NCBI GenBank assembly: GCA_963765765.1
Contig: CAVXYC010000032.1
Span: 224,001 to 288,000 of the forward strand
Source of the DNA: an uncultured Chloroflexia bacterium
GTDB lineage: Bacteria; Chloroflexota; UBA6077; JACCZL01
Reading direction: 5' to 3'
DNA: 64,000 nucleotides
Of this stretch, positions 31,395 to 41,238 are shown one piece after another. Each line of letters starts with the position of its first letter. The first letter of the stretch is position 1. The position numbers and the translations under genes were made by a program. Below the pieces are notes generated by a model that had not been told where the DNA came from, searched no databases, and saw only the letters and a program-made list of their open reading frames with translations.

Positions 31395-32557
31395 GCCAGT
31401 GCTTGCACGGGCTGTTCTGCGTCGGACAGCGGGAGCTCGATGACGAAGGCGACACCTTCACCGGGATGGTTGTCAATGCGAATTGTCCCTTGATGATCAT
31501 GGACGATTCCGTAAGTGATGGAAAGTCCCAAGCCAGTCCCCTCGCCGACTTCCTTTGTTGTGAAGAACGGATCGAACACACGCTGCTCGATTTCTGGAGA
31601 GATCCCGTGGCCAGAGTCACGTACAGACAGCAATACCTTCCCGTCTTCCACGCCGGAAGCGATAACGATGAGCTTACGCGTCTGGTCGGTCAGCACATCT
31701 CGTGCGTTGGTCAGTAGATTAAGAATCACTTGCTCCAACTGGATGGAGTTGCCGATCACGATTGGGTTCTCGGGGGAAAGGCTCAGTTGCGTTGTAATGT
31801 CTCGAAGCCGCAGCTGCTCTTGTATTAAGGAGAGCGCGCTCTCGATCACTCCATTCACCGACACAGCCTCCCGGCTTACCGGCGTCGCACGTCCGAACGT
31901 GCGAAGGTGGGAGATGATCTGCGCTGACTTATTGACCTGCTCCATGGCGCGTCGCAGATCGCGCGTGATGCGCTCCTTGTCTGGGTTGCCTAGCTCGATG
32001 AGATCGATGACGTTGCCAATAAAGAGACCGATATTGTTGAGCGGATTGTTCAGCTCATGTGCAACGCCTGTGGTCAGCTCACCGAGCGTAGCGAGCTTGC
32101 CGGCCTGAACCAACTGCTCTTGCTTGTCTCGTAGCTCCTGCTCCCGACGCTGGACCTCCACGGTGGTGTCGCGCAAATCGCCCATGATGTGAATCATGGC
32201 TTTACGGCTCGCTTCAAGGCGCAGGTTTGACTGATGGGAGTCCTGCAAGATATGCAAAATTGCCCTTCGAGTATTGTCAAGACGTTCGGTCTGAAGCGCC
32301 AACCTCCTGCGATCACTCTCATAGTCGCTGAGGATGTGAAGCATCGCCTTGCGCTGGTGGGCTAGCCGCTTATTCGCCTCGTTCAGGTCGCAGATGATGT
32401 GAAGCATGGCGCGGCGAATTTCCGCGCTTTTGCGTTGCTGCTCAGCCATCTTTTCGGCTTGGTCACTGAGCTGCTCATACGCGACGCGAAGCTGCTCTAG
32501 CTCGTTGCTATGACCGCTGTATTCCACGAGGGTGGTGGAACGCGCGGCACCCATCAC
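31391..32557 (-). CDS. NtrB-type histidine kinase with repeated N-terminal helices and no sensor domain
   Basis: GVAHELNNPL, NLLTNARD, FDPFFTTK, GTGLGL; four R(R/K)A(M/I)(L/I)HIxxD repeats. Confidence 0.92.
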   Translation of the reverse strand: MMGAARSTTLVEYSGHSNELEQLRVAYEQLSDQAEKMAEQQRKSAEIRRAMLHIICDLNEANKRLAHQRKAMLHILSDYESDRRRLALQTERLDNTRRAILHILQDSHQSNLRLEASRKAMIHIMGDLRDTTVEVQRREQELRDKQEQLVQAGKLATLGELTTGVAHELNNPLNNIGLFIGNVIDLIELGNPDKERITRDLRRAMEQVNKSAQIISHLRTFGRATPVSREAVSVNGVIESALSLIQEQLRLRDITTQLSLSPENPIVIGNSIQLEQVILNLLTNARDVLTDQTRKLIVIASGVEDGKVLLSVRDSGHGISPEIEQRVFDPFFTTKEVGEGTGLGLSITYGIVHDHQGTIRIDNHPGEGVAFVIELPLSDAEQPVQALA

Positions 32558-33531
32558 GTTCGTCCCGAACCCTGCGCCCGGACAGAATCAGCCCTATTTT
32601 GAAATCGCTCCACTTCCTTCTGGAGCTTCTCCACCTCTTTCTCTAGCGCGATCATCTTGAGCTCGCGACCCACGACGACCTCTTCAAATTTTTCAAGGTC
32701 GAGAATTTTCTCCTGCAGCTCAGCCTTTGATTCCTCAAGGTCACGTACGACTTTTTCGTAGGCGCGCATATCGCGAAGGATGCCGATCGCGCCGATGACG
32801 TTCCCATCCGGGTCGCGTAGCGCCGAGGCGTTGAGCGTGGTAGGGATGACCTCGCCGGAGGCGCTGCGAGGGTTCAGCCCCGCGTTGCGGGTGACGCCTC
32901 GCTCGACCACCTCGCGCAGCGCGGCGGTGAACTCTCTGGCCTCCTCCGCGCTGATGAAGCGCGAGAGCGACTGCTCCAGCAACTCGTCGGGCCGGAATCC
33001 GAGAAGCTCGGAGACCGCGTCATTGGCCTGGAGAATCTTGCCCTCCAGATCCGATACGAACACCGGGTCCGGGGCATTCTTGATCAGGCTCTCGGCGTAG
33101 GCCCGCGCCTTGTCTAACTCTCGCATGTCGCGGAGAATGCCGATCGCGCCAATGACGTTCCCGTCCGGGTCGCGTAATGCCGAGGCATTGAGCGTGGTGG
33201 GGATGACCTCGTCGGAGGCGCTCCGGGGGTTGAGCACCGCGTTGCGAGTGACGCCTCGCTCGACCACCTCGCGCAGCGCGGCGGTGAACTCTCTGGCCTC
33301 CTCCGCGCTGATAAAGCGCGAGAGCGACTGCTCCAGCAACTCGTCAGGGCGGAAGCCGAGAAGCTCGGAGACCGCGTCATTGGCCTGGAGAATCTTGCCC
33401 TCCAGATCCGATACGAACACCGGATCCGGAGCGTTGGCAATGATGATGTCCGCGGCAAGCCATTCGCTCGGTCCGGGACTGTTGTCGCGTTTGCTTGACG
33501 GGCTCGTCTGCGACGGAAGGTCCTGGAACAT
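32554..33531 (-). CDS. PAS-PAS protein with C-terminal GRELKM coiled coil
   Basis: Two nearly identical PAS/PAC repeats (357-nt period); GGAGG RBS before ATG 33531. Confidence 0.9.
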   Translation of the reverse strand: MFQDLPSQTSPSSKRDNSPGPSEWLAADIIIANAPDPVFVSDLEGKILQANDAVSELLGFRPDELLEQSLSRFISAEEAREFTAALREVVERGVTRNAVLNPRSASDEVIPTTLNASALRDPDGNVIGAIGILRDMRELDKARAYAESLIKNAPDPVFVSDLEGKILQANDAVSELLGFRPDELLEQSLSRFISAEEAREFTAALREVVERGVTRNAGLNPRSASGEVIPTTLNASALRDPDGNVIGAIGILRDMRAYEKVVRDLEESKAELQEKILDLEKFEEVVVGRELKMIALEKEVEKLQKEVERFQNRADSVRAQGSGRT

Positions 33532-34026
33532 GGGCGTCCTCCGGAAATAGAGGCCAATGGGCTCAGATTTCGACGCGGGACTGCCGGACCAGGTGCGAGT
33601 CACCGGAGACTTTGGAAACCAACCGATCCCAGTTCGCGATTCGCGGAACGCAATTCGCGGGCCAGTAATGGGATTTTCTTGGGCCAACCCGGGCGTGGGG
33701 AGGCTCGGCTGGAGCTCGTGCAGATCCCCGCGTGGCTCCCCCCAGCGGCGCTGCGCGTGTAAATTGCGCGGGAGGAGAAGCAGGCCGTCACTGCCGTTAG
33801 CCGCGATCAGCGTCTCTAATCCCATCGTAACGAAGCCGTTCGAAATCCTTTCTTCCTCCGTAAGTCGCGGACGACATCGGGACAGTTAACGTAAATGGTG
33901 GAGCGACTCCCCGAAGCCGTGCTCGCGGAGCAGCTCCAACGTAATGGTTCTGCTCGTTGTGAAGTGATCAGGGAGCGGTCCAGCTTACCGGCAAACTCGG
34001 TACTGACGGGAGCGATTCTGGAAATC

Positions 34027-35269
34027 ATGGCCGAAACAGCAGCGAGCGAACGGCAGGATCAGCGGCGCCTCGAGTCGGTTAAGTCGACCGCCCAGGAAAG
34101 GACGACCTCGGCGACCGATAAAGGCAATTCGATTGCTAAGCACCTCGAGCGGTACGCTGTCTTCCGCGTGCTCGAGAGCGTCTTTCTCGGCGCTCGCAAA
34201 GACCGGCTCACCAATCACGCGGCCGCGATGACGTATTACGCGCTCTTCGCGCTCTTCCCCCTGCTCTTGCTCTTCATGTCCCTGGCAGGCCTGGCGCTAC
34301 AGAGCAACGAATCGGCCCGGGAGCAGATCCTCGGGCTCGTGGTTGGACTGCTCCCGCAGGGTCAGGAGCAGCTCCGAGAGGTGATCGCGGGTGTAATCGA
34401 CGCGAAGGGCGTTGCGGCCGGCGTGGGCATCCTCACTCTCTTGTGGAGCGCCCTCGGCTGGTTCCAGGTCATCGACACGAACGTGAACCAGATCTGGGGA
34501 GTCGACAAGCCACGCTCGTTCATCAAATCCAAGCTCTTCGCGCTCGCTATGGTGGCTGCCATCGGTGGCGTAGCCGCCCTCAGCTGGGGAGCCACTGTGG
34601 CGGTTGGGCTCCTCGGCGCATTTACGGACCTCCTCCCCGGGGCCGCGATGCTGTGGCAGATGGCGGTCTCGGCGATTGGCGTACTGACAATGACCGCGGC
34701 GTTCCTGGTCCTGTTTCGCTATACGCCACGGCGGACCATCGAGCTCGCGGACGTGTGGCCGGCCGCGCTGGTGACGGCGCTGGTGTGGGAGATGAGCCGG
34801 CGTGTGCTCGCGTTCTACCTCGAGCGGAACAACATGATCAGTGGATACGGACCGATCGGCGCGGCCATGGCGCTGGTTTTCTGGCTCTATATGGCCTGCA
34901 TCATATTGCTCCTGGGCGCGGAGCTGGCGTACGCGGTTGCCAAGGAGCGGCGGCGCATTGGTCCGCACGAGGAGATGCAATTGGTAGCGCCGGCCGGTGA
35001 GCAGGCGACGCCTAAGTTTGCTCCCCAGGTCGGAGCCGGATTCGACAATCCCGACGCCCGCGAGCCGATCTTACCCGGAGCGTCGATGGTCTCGGGTCAT
35101 CCGTCGGGACCCGATCGACTCCCGCCCCAGCGGTGAGCTCCCCGCAGTGAGAGACAGTGGACTCGTGAAGACGCTGCTATGGACCGGTCTCAGCGCCGGG
35201 GCGCACGCGCTCGTGGGTCTACTGGCGCGGCACTTCACCGTGGCCGTGTGGCAGCGAAATGACAGGTGA
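34027..35269 (+). CDS. YihY/BrkB family membrane protein, probably with a frameshifted C-terminal helix
   Basis: AAAMTYYALFALFP, YGPIGA, LLLGAE; ORF stops at 35136 but the KTLLWTGLSAG tail follows in another frame. Confidence 0.85.
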
Positions 35270-35699
35270 ACGCCCGCCCACGACCATCTGACTCCACGTA
35301 TCGATCGTGCACCTGTCACGGCAGGCCGGTACAGACTGGGCAAGTTTTAAATGAGGTGGTCGCCGCGCCGGATCTTGCCGGCATCGGACGGTTGGCCCGA
35401 TCGTGGAAGCACGACGACGCTCCCGATGGCACCGGCGGCGGTGGTTGGCCAGGCCTGGGCCCGCGCGGCCATCGCGAGCTGTCCGGACGACCGGACACGC
35501 ACGTATGATCTGGGGCACCAACGGGGCTTAAATCGCTCGCGCCCGGGGCGGTCGACGGTGGGCCAGTGGCGGCGGCTATTGGACCAAGTGGGCCGGGGCA
35601 GCCATCGACCTGTAGCCATATCGCCGCGCTCCCTGGGGCGGGTTGACTGGAGTGACTTCGCGAAGTATGCTCGCGGCATTCCGCGATGGAGGCACCGCG

Positions 35700-36758
35700 A
35701 TGGCCATTGACGATGCGAAGCTAAATGCATTCATGGGCCAGGTGGTTGGTGACATGGGCGCCACAATGAGCGCCATTCTCGTGGACATCGGTGACAAGCT
35801 GGGCTTGTACCGTGCGATGGCGGATTCTCGTCCCGTTACTTCGGTCGAGTTGGCCGAGCGGACTGGCACGGCCGAGCGTTACGTCCGTGAGTGGCTGTCC
35901 AATCAGGCTGCCGGAGGATACGTCTCCTACGACGCGGCATCTGGAACCTTCTCGCTCCCTCCAGAGCAGGCGTTGGCACTTGCCACGGAAGGGAGTCCAG
36001 CCTTCGTGCCGGGCGCGTTTCAGATCATCGCATCGCTGTTTCGCGACGAGGCGAAGATTCTCGAGGCATTTCGAACTGGAGAAGGCGTAGGCTGGCACGA
36101 GCACGACTCTGAGCTCTTTATCGGAACGGAGCGTTTCTTCCGGCCCGGCTACAACGCGAACCTGGTCAATAACTGGGTTCCGTCGCTGGACGGAGTGGAG
36201 GCGAAGCTGCTCGCTGGCGCCCGCGTCGCGGACGTCGGCTGTGGTCTCGGCGCGTCAATCATCATCCTGGCCCAGGCCTACCCGAGCTCGACGTTCGTTG
36301 GGTTCGACTATCACGATCGATCCATCGAGCTGGCGCGCGAGCGCGCAGCGGATGCTGGCGTGGGAGATCACGTGAAGTTTGAGGTTGCCACGGCCAAGAC
36401 TTACCCAGGGAAAGATTACGACCTGGTGGCTTTCTTCGACAGCCTGCATGACATGGGTGACCCCGTTGGCGCCGCTAAGCACGTACGTGAGTCGCTGGCG
36501 GCGGATGGCACCTGGCTCCTGGTTGAGCCATTTGCCAACGATCGGCTTGAAGACAATCTCAACCCGGTGGGTTGCGTTTACTATGGCGGTTCGACGATGA
36601 TTTGCACTCCGAACTCGCTAAGTCAGGAAGTCGGCCTTGCGCTCGGCTCACAGGCCGGTGAAGGCCGTCTGCGTGATGTCGCCCTTCAGGCTGGGTTCCG
36701 CCACTTCCGGCGCGCCACCGAGACGCCCTTCAACGCGGTGTTCGAGGCACGTCCGTAA
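35700..36758 (+). CDS. SAM-dependent methyltransferase with N-terminal winged helix
   Basis: GDKLGLY, ERYVREWL, VADVGCGLG, FDSLHDMGDP. Confidence 0.92.
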   Translation: MAIDDAKLNAFMGQVVGDMGATMSAILVDIGDKLGLYRAMADSRPVTSVELAERTGTAERYVREWLSNQAAGGYVSYDAASGTFSLPPEQALALATEGSPAFVPGAFQIIASLFRDEAKILEAFRTGEGVGWHEHDSELFIGTERFFRPGYNANLVNNWVPSLDGVEAKLLAGARVADVGCGLGASIIILAQAYPSSTFVGFDYHDRSIELARERAADAGVGDHVKFEVATAKTYPGKDYDLVAFFDSLHDMGDPVGAAKHVRESLAADGTWLLVEPFANDRLEDNLNPVGCVYYGGSTMICTPNSLSQEVGLALGSQAGEGRLRDVALQAGFRHFRRATETPFNAVFEARP

Positions 36759-36942
36759 GCCTTCCAAGCCTCCGACGATTCAGTGTCTGTAGCCTACTCT
36801 CGCTGGAACCGCTCCAAGTGTGTGCCAGTTGACGAAGGTGCGGTCTCTTTCATGGATTGCGCCTGAAAGGGCCACGATCCTCGACGCCACCGAGGAATCC
36901 GCGCATCAGGCATAGGTCGCGTTCCCGCAAAGGTGTGACGAG

Positions 36943-37042
36943 CAATACGGTTTAGTTAACGACTCGATGGGGTCGTCGTGAGCAGAACAAGCCACCGGTC
37001 GGGATGCCACCGGTCCATTGGCGCCTTAACTAAACGGTATTG
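36943..37042. mobile_element. 100-bp MITE with IS4-like ends and apparent target duplication
   Basis: CAATACGGTTTAGTTAA / TTAACTAAACGGTATTG (one mismatch); GGTGTGACG on both flanks. Confidence 0.7.
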
Positions 37043-37123
37043 GGTGTGACGCTGGTTCGGTAACTGTGCGCGGGCGCTCCACCGCAGCCAGCTTTGGGTT
37101 GCGCATCCGTCACTCCTGTGGTA

Positions 37124-37140
37124 AGTTAACGCTGTTAACT
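37124..37140. promoter_or_regulatory. TetR operator candidate overlapping the promoter
   Basis: AGTTAAC-gct-GTTAACT about 30 nt upstream of the tetR-family start. Confidence 0.55.
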
Positions 37141-37169
37141 ACAGAGTACAGCAGGAACTCTGGCTGTTT

Positions 37170-37889
37170 ATGAGTACCGCGGTGAATGATATGCAGGGCG
37201 ACGAACGCGTGACAGACTGGCATCCCTTGTCCCCAAGCGAGCGGCGACGGCGAAACCGGCAGGAGATGCTGGACGCGATTCTGCAAATCGCTCGCCAGAT
37301 CATGCGCGAGGAAGGGGTGGCCGCGCTCAGTCTGCGCGAGCTAGCCCGGCGGCTACGCTTCACCGTCCAGGCCCTCTACAAGTACTACCCCAGCAAGGCG
37401 GCTCTCTACGATGCGCTGTTCCAGGACGGAATACGTACCTTCGCCACGTACTGGGACAGCGCCATGCGGAGCCGCGACTCCTTCTGGGATAAGCTCGCGG
37501 CCGGGCTCGAGGCCAGCATGCGCTTCGCCCACGATCATCCCGAGCTGAACGAGCTTACGTTCTCCCGTCCCGTACCTGGCTTTGTGCCATCGGAAGAGAG
37601 TATGCGGGACAGCCAAAGGCTGCTTCAGGAGCTCGACCTGATCATCGAGGAGGCCGTCGCTCGCGGCGAGCTCAGGTCCGACGTTTCGCCAACTGATGTC
37701 CGCGACCTCTTTCTGGCCATGCTCGACGGGCTGACTCGCCAGCATGTAGCAAACGAACCAGACACACCGATCGGATCGGGCCGCTACGGCGGGCTGGTCC
37801 CGGCCGCGATCGCCGTCTTCCGCGCCGCGTGGCAATCTGAGAGTCCCGTGACGGGCTCGCCGGGACTAAAGGAGGTAAGGCACACCTGA
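37170..37889 (+). CDS. TetR/AcrR family regulator
   Basis: GVAALSLRELARRL...ALYKYYPSKAALY. Confidence 0.9.
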   Translation: MSTAVNDMQGDERVTDWHPLSPSERRRRNRQEMLDAILQIARQIMREEGVAALSLRELARRLRFTVQALYKYYPSKAALYDALFQDGIRTFATYWDSAMRSRDSFWDKLAAGLEASMRFAHDHPELNELTFSRPVPGFVPSEESMRDSQRLLQELDLIIEEAVARGELRSDVSPTDVRDLFLAMLDGLTRQHVANEPDTPIGSGRYGGLVPAAIAVFRAAWQSESPVTGSPGLKEVRHT

Positions 37890-37953
37890 CCCACTGAGCA
37901 ACCATCCGGGGTACGGATCAGCGAAGCTGACGACCCTGAGCAAGGAGAAAATC

Positions 37954-38388
37954 ATGCCCTCGGTCACACTTCCCAAACTGCACCACATCGCGCTCACCGT
38001 GACGGATCTCGAGGCCAGCACGGCCTGGTACCAGCGAGTCTTCGAGATTGCACCGGTGATGGAGGAAGCCCATGAAGGCGGCTGGCAGAGGCTGCTTGCC
38101 GACAAGGAGATGCAGTTCATCATCGTGCTGCATCGTCACGACGTGAACCAGGGAGAGGCATTCTCGGAGCGACGGACCGGTCTCGATCACTTCGGTATGG
38201 CAGTTTCTTCCCGCGCCGAGCTCGAAGCGTGGCAGGCGCATCTGGAAGAGATTGGCGTGGCGCGGGCGGCGGCGGCAGATCGTCCGTTGACTCAATCCCC
38301 CATTGCCGACACGCCTTACGGCTGCATTCTGGTCTTCCGCGATCCCGACAACATCCAGCTCGAGATGTATTCCCCGCCGAACACCTGA
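37954..38388 (+). CDS. VOC/glyoxalase family protein
   Basis: HHIALTVTDL, GLDHFG, FRDPDNIQLE. Confidence 0.92.
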   Translation: MPSVTLPKLHHIALTVTDLEASTAWYQRVFEIAPVMEEAHEGGWQRLLADKEMQFIIVLHRHDVNQGEAFSERRTGLDHFGMAVSSRAELEAWQAHLEEIGVARAAAADRPLTQSPIADTPYGCILVFRDPDNIQLEMYSPPNT

Positions 38389-39640
38389 TGGAGAACGGGG
38401 CCGAGAAAGCCGTCCTTCCAGCGAGCGACGAGAGTCCGTCTTCCGACACTCACGCTCCCCGGCTTGGCCGCGCCGAGCTCAACAGGGTTGTGCAACGAGC
38501 ACTGAACAGCGGGACCGCCCAGGTCGATGACTGGGCGGTCTGCCCGCTGACATACGACTACACCAGTCCTATCACGGCTGGGATCTATCGCGTGACCGGA
38601 ACGGCGCGCGATGCTGAGGGCGCATCTCGTGGTCGCTCGTGCTTAAAGTGGTCCGCTCGGCAGCCGGTGTCACGATGCCGAACGGCGAGGTCGTGCCGCG
38701 GGATCTTCCGGACGGACCTGCGTTTTTCGGGTATTGGAAGCGGGAGCCACTGGCATACGGAGCAGGCCTGACGGAGGATCTCCCCGGTGGCATGATCGCG
38801 CCCCGCTGCTATGGGCTGAGTGAGCAGCCAGACGGCACCGTCTGGCTGTGGTTGGAGGAGATCGCGGCTGCACCACAGGCGCGCTGGACGCGTGAGCGCT
38901 GCGGACTGGCCGCGCGCACCCTGGGCAGATTCAACGGTGCGTACCTCTCAGGGCGGCCCGTGCCCCTCCAGCCGTGGCTGGATAGAGGCTGGCTGCGCTC
39001 CTGGTTGGGTATCCGCTGCGCCGGCATGATCGATGAGATTCGGCGGGCCGACACCTGGGATCATCCCCTGATGCGTGCCGCGGTCCCCCAGCCGTTCATC
39101 GATCGGGTGTTGCGCCTGTGGGTCGATCGAGACCTGTTTCTGGACGGGCTAGATCAGCTGCCATACACGTTCTGCCACCGAGATGCGTTCCGGTCGAACC
39201 TCTTAGCGTGCTGGGAAGTCGATCGCCAGGAGCAAGTCACGGCGATCGACTGGGCCTACGCCGGCCTCGGGCCCGTGGGTGAGGAGATAGCGCCACTGAT
39301 CGTCGCTGCTCCGGCCGGCGATGGAGCGGAGCTTGCGCCCTGGAACGTGGAATCGACGGTTTTCGACAGCTACGTCCTGGGACTATCGGAAGCCGGTTGG
39401 CGCGGCGAAGCCGCGAGTGTACGATTCGGCTTCGCGGCTTCCGCGGCCCTCCGGTATCTGTTTATGAGCGTGGCAGAGATGTTGAGCAACGTAGAGGACG
39501 AGGCCCAATGCGCTTCGATCGAGCAACGGCGGGGGCAACCCATTGCACAGGTCATGGAGCAGCATGCGGCCCTCGTTGACTTCTTACTCGACCTGGCCGA
39601 TGAGGCGCGCGCGTTGCTGCCAAGGGTCACCGCCATTTAG
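38388..39640 (+). CDS. Aminoglycoside phosphotransferase-like kinase (frameshifted near 38625)
   Basis: TGATG coupling to the VOC gene; LKVV, YWKRE, FCHRDAFRSN, AIDW. Confidence 0.8.
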
Positions 39641-39844
39641 GCAACGGCGGCATAACCCACGAGCCCGGAGTCCAATCTCGCTGCAAACTCGGGCGCAGTC
39701 ACTGAGGCAGTCGATCCTTGCTTGGCGGATCGACTCACGACTCGGCCTTGACATTGCTGTCCAGTCGAGGCTACCTTCGGCACGGTCGCGCAGTTACTAC
39801 CGCGGCCCACGACTCCCTCCGAGTTGAGGTGTTGCTGGCAGGTT

Positions 39845-40977
39845 ATGCACATTCCCTCCTCTGTTCGATGGATAATGCCGTTTGCCCTGGCGATGACGCT
39901 GCTCACCGCCGGGCTGCCCACCATGTCTGCCCCAGCCGCGAGCGCCGCCGGGACCATTGCAAGTCCGTTCTCCGAGGGCCAGTCGGTCCGGATCATTCAA
40001 GGCTACAACGGCGGAAGTCACCGGGGACGCAGCCAGTATGGGCTGGATCTGGTACTCGCGGATGGCGGCACGAGTGGTGCTACCGTCGTCTCGCCCATTG
40101 AGGGCTCCGTAACCTGGGCACAGGGGCCGGGCGCTTCAAACGGCTGTATAGCCGTTACGCTCCGCGACAGCAGCTACAGCGTCATGCTTTGTCACTTGAT
40201 CCTTGAGCGCGGCTATCGCCCAGGCGAAGCGATCGCCCGCGGCCAGCAACTGGGGACGGTCGGGCCGGCCGGCAGCGTCGGCAACAACGGCGCACCGCAC
40301 GTCCATCTTGAGCTCCACCGCGGCCGCGGTGCGAACAGTCCTGTTCCATTCAGCGAGCCCGATGGCTTGCCGCTGGAGGGCGTGCACCTGCCCGCGTCCG
40401 GAGCGTCCGGCGAGCATACGGGCCGGCGCCGGTCGGCCGGGCCGCGACAGCGGCGAGGCAGGGTGGAGCTTCCCTCGAGGCGCAGTCACAGACGGCGCTC
40501 CGTTCGATCACCCCGCCGACGTCAGACGTCGGCGGTCGGTCGCCGCGGTCAGTGCAATTGGCGCCGGCCCCAGCGGTGGTTCGGGCGGCGGTCGTCCGCG
40601 GGACGGGATCGTGCCTGAATGTGCGTGAGCGTGCGGCGGCGGACGCACGGATCGTTGAGTGTCTACCGGAGGGCGCTGAGGTACCGCTTGAGTCGGTGCG
40701 AGGCGGGGTCGAAGGCTGGCGTCAGATCGAGACAAAAGGCTGGGCCGTGAGCGAGTACCTCAAGCCAACCCGCGCCGTGGTGGCTCGCACGGACGGCTGT
40801 CTGAACGTGCGCGAACGTCCGTCGGTCGGTGCTCCCGTTATCGGCTGCCTCGCCGAGGGCGCGGCGGTCAGCATCGCCGAGGGACCGACACCCGGCGATT
40901 CGATCACCTGGTACAGAATCGAGCGAGTCCAACCGCTCGAGAGGGGCGGCTGGGTCGGGGGACAGTACCTGGACTAG
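39845..40977 (+). CDS. Secreted M23 peptidase with two SH3b-like domains (frameshifted ~40430-40550)
   Basis: Signal peptide, H...YGLD and HVH; CLNVRE repeats ending in GW. Confidence 0.75.
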
Positions 40978-41238
40978 CGGAGCCAATAGGCGAGAGTCAC
41001 CTGAGCAAGGTTCGTCGATGTGCTCGCGTGCGCATCCCTCGGTGAGCAGGATCCCGATGGACCTGGACCAACACCCCGGAAGCTTGTAGGCCTGGTCAAT
41101 GACGGACTGAGGGTAAACTTACCGAGCGGCCACGAGCCGTCCGCCTCCATGCGTCCCGAGGCAGACATGGAGACATGGCGATCCCGCCAGCCGTCGCAAC
41201 CATTCGCGTCGTTCTGCGTCGATATAAACTAGCATCCT

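Noticed and set aside
33532-34026. Long N-terminal extensions of the PAS and YihY ORFs
   Set aside because: Better downstream starts (33531 with GGAGG RBS; 34027); the region is probably a divergent promoter
38388-39640. Bona fide aminoglycoside resistance gene
   Set aside because: Only the general APH/choline-kinase fold motifs are visible; substrate cannot be inferred
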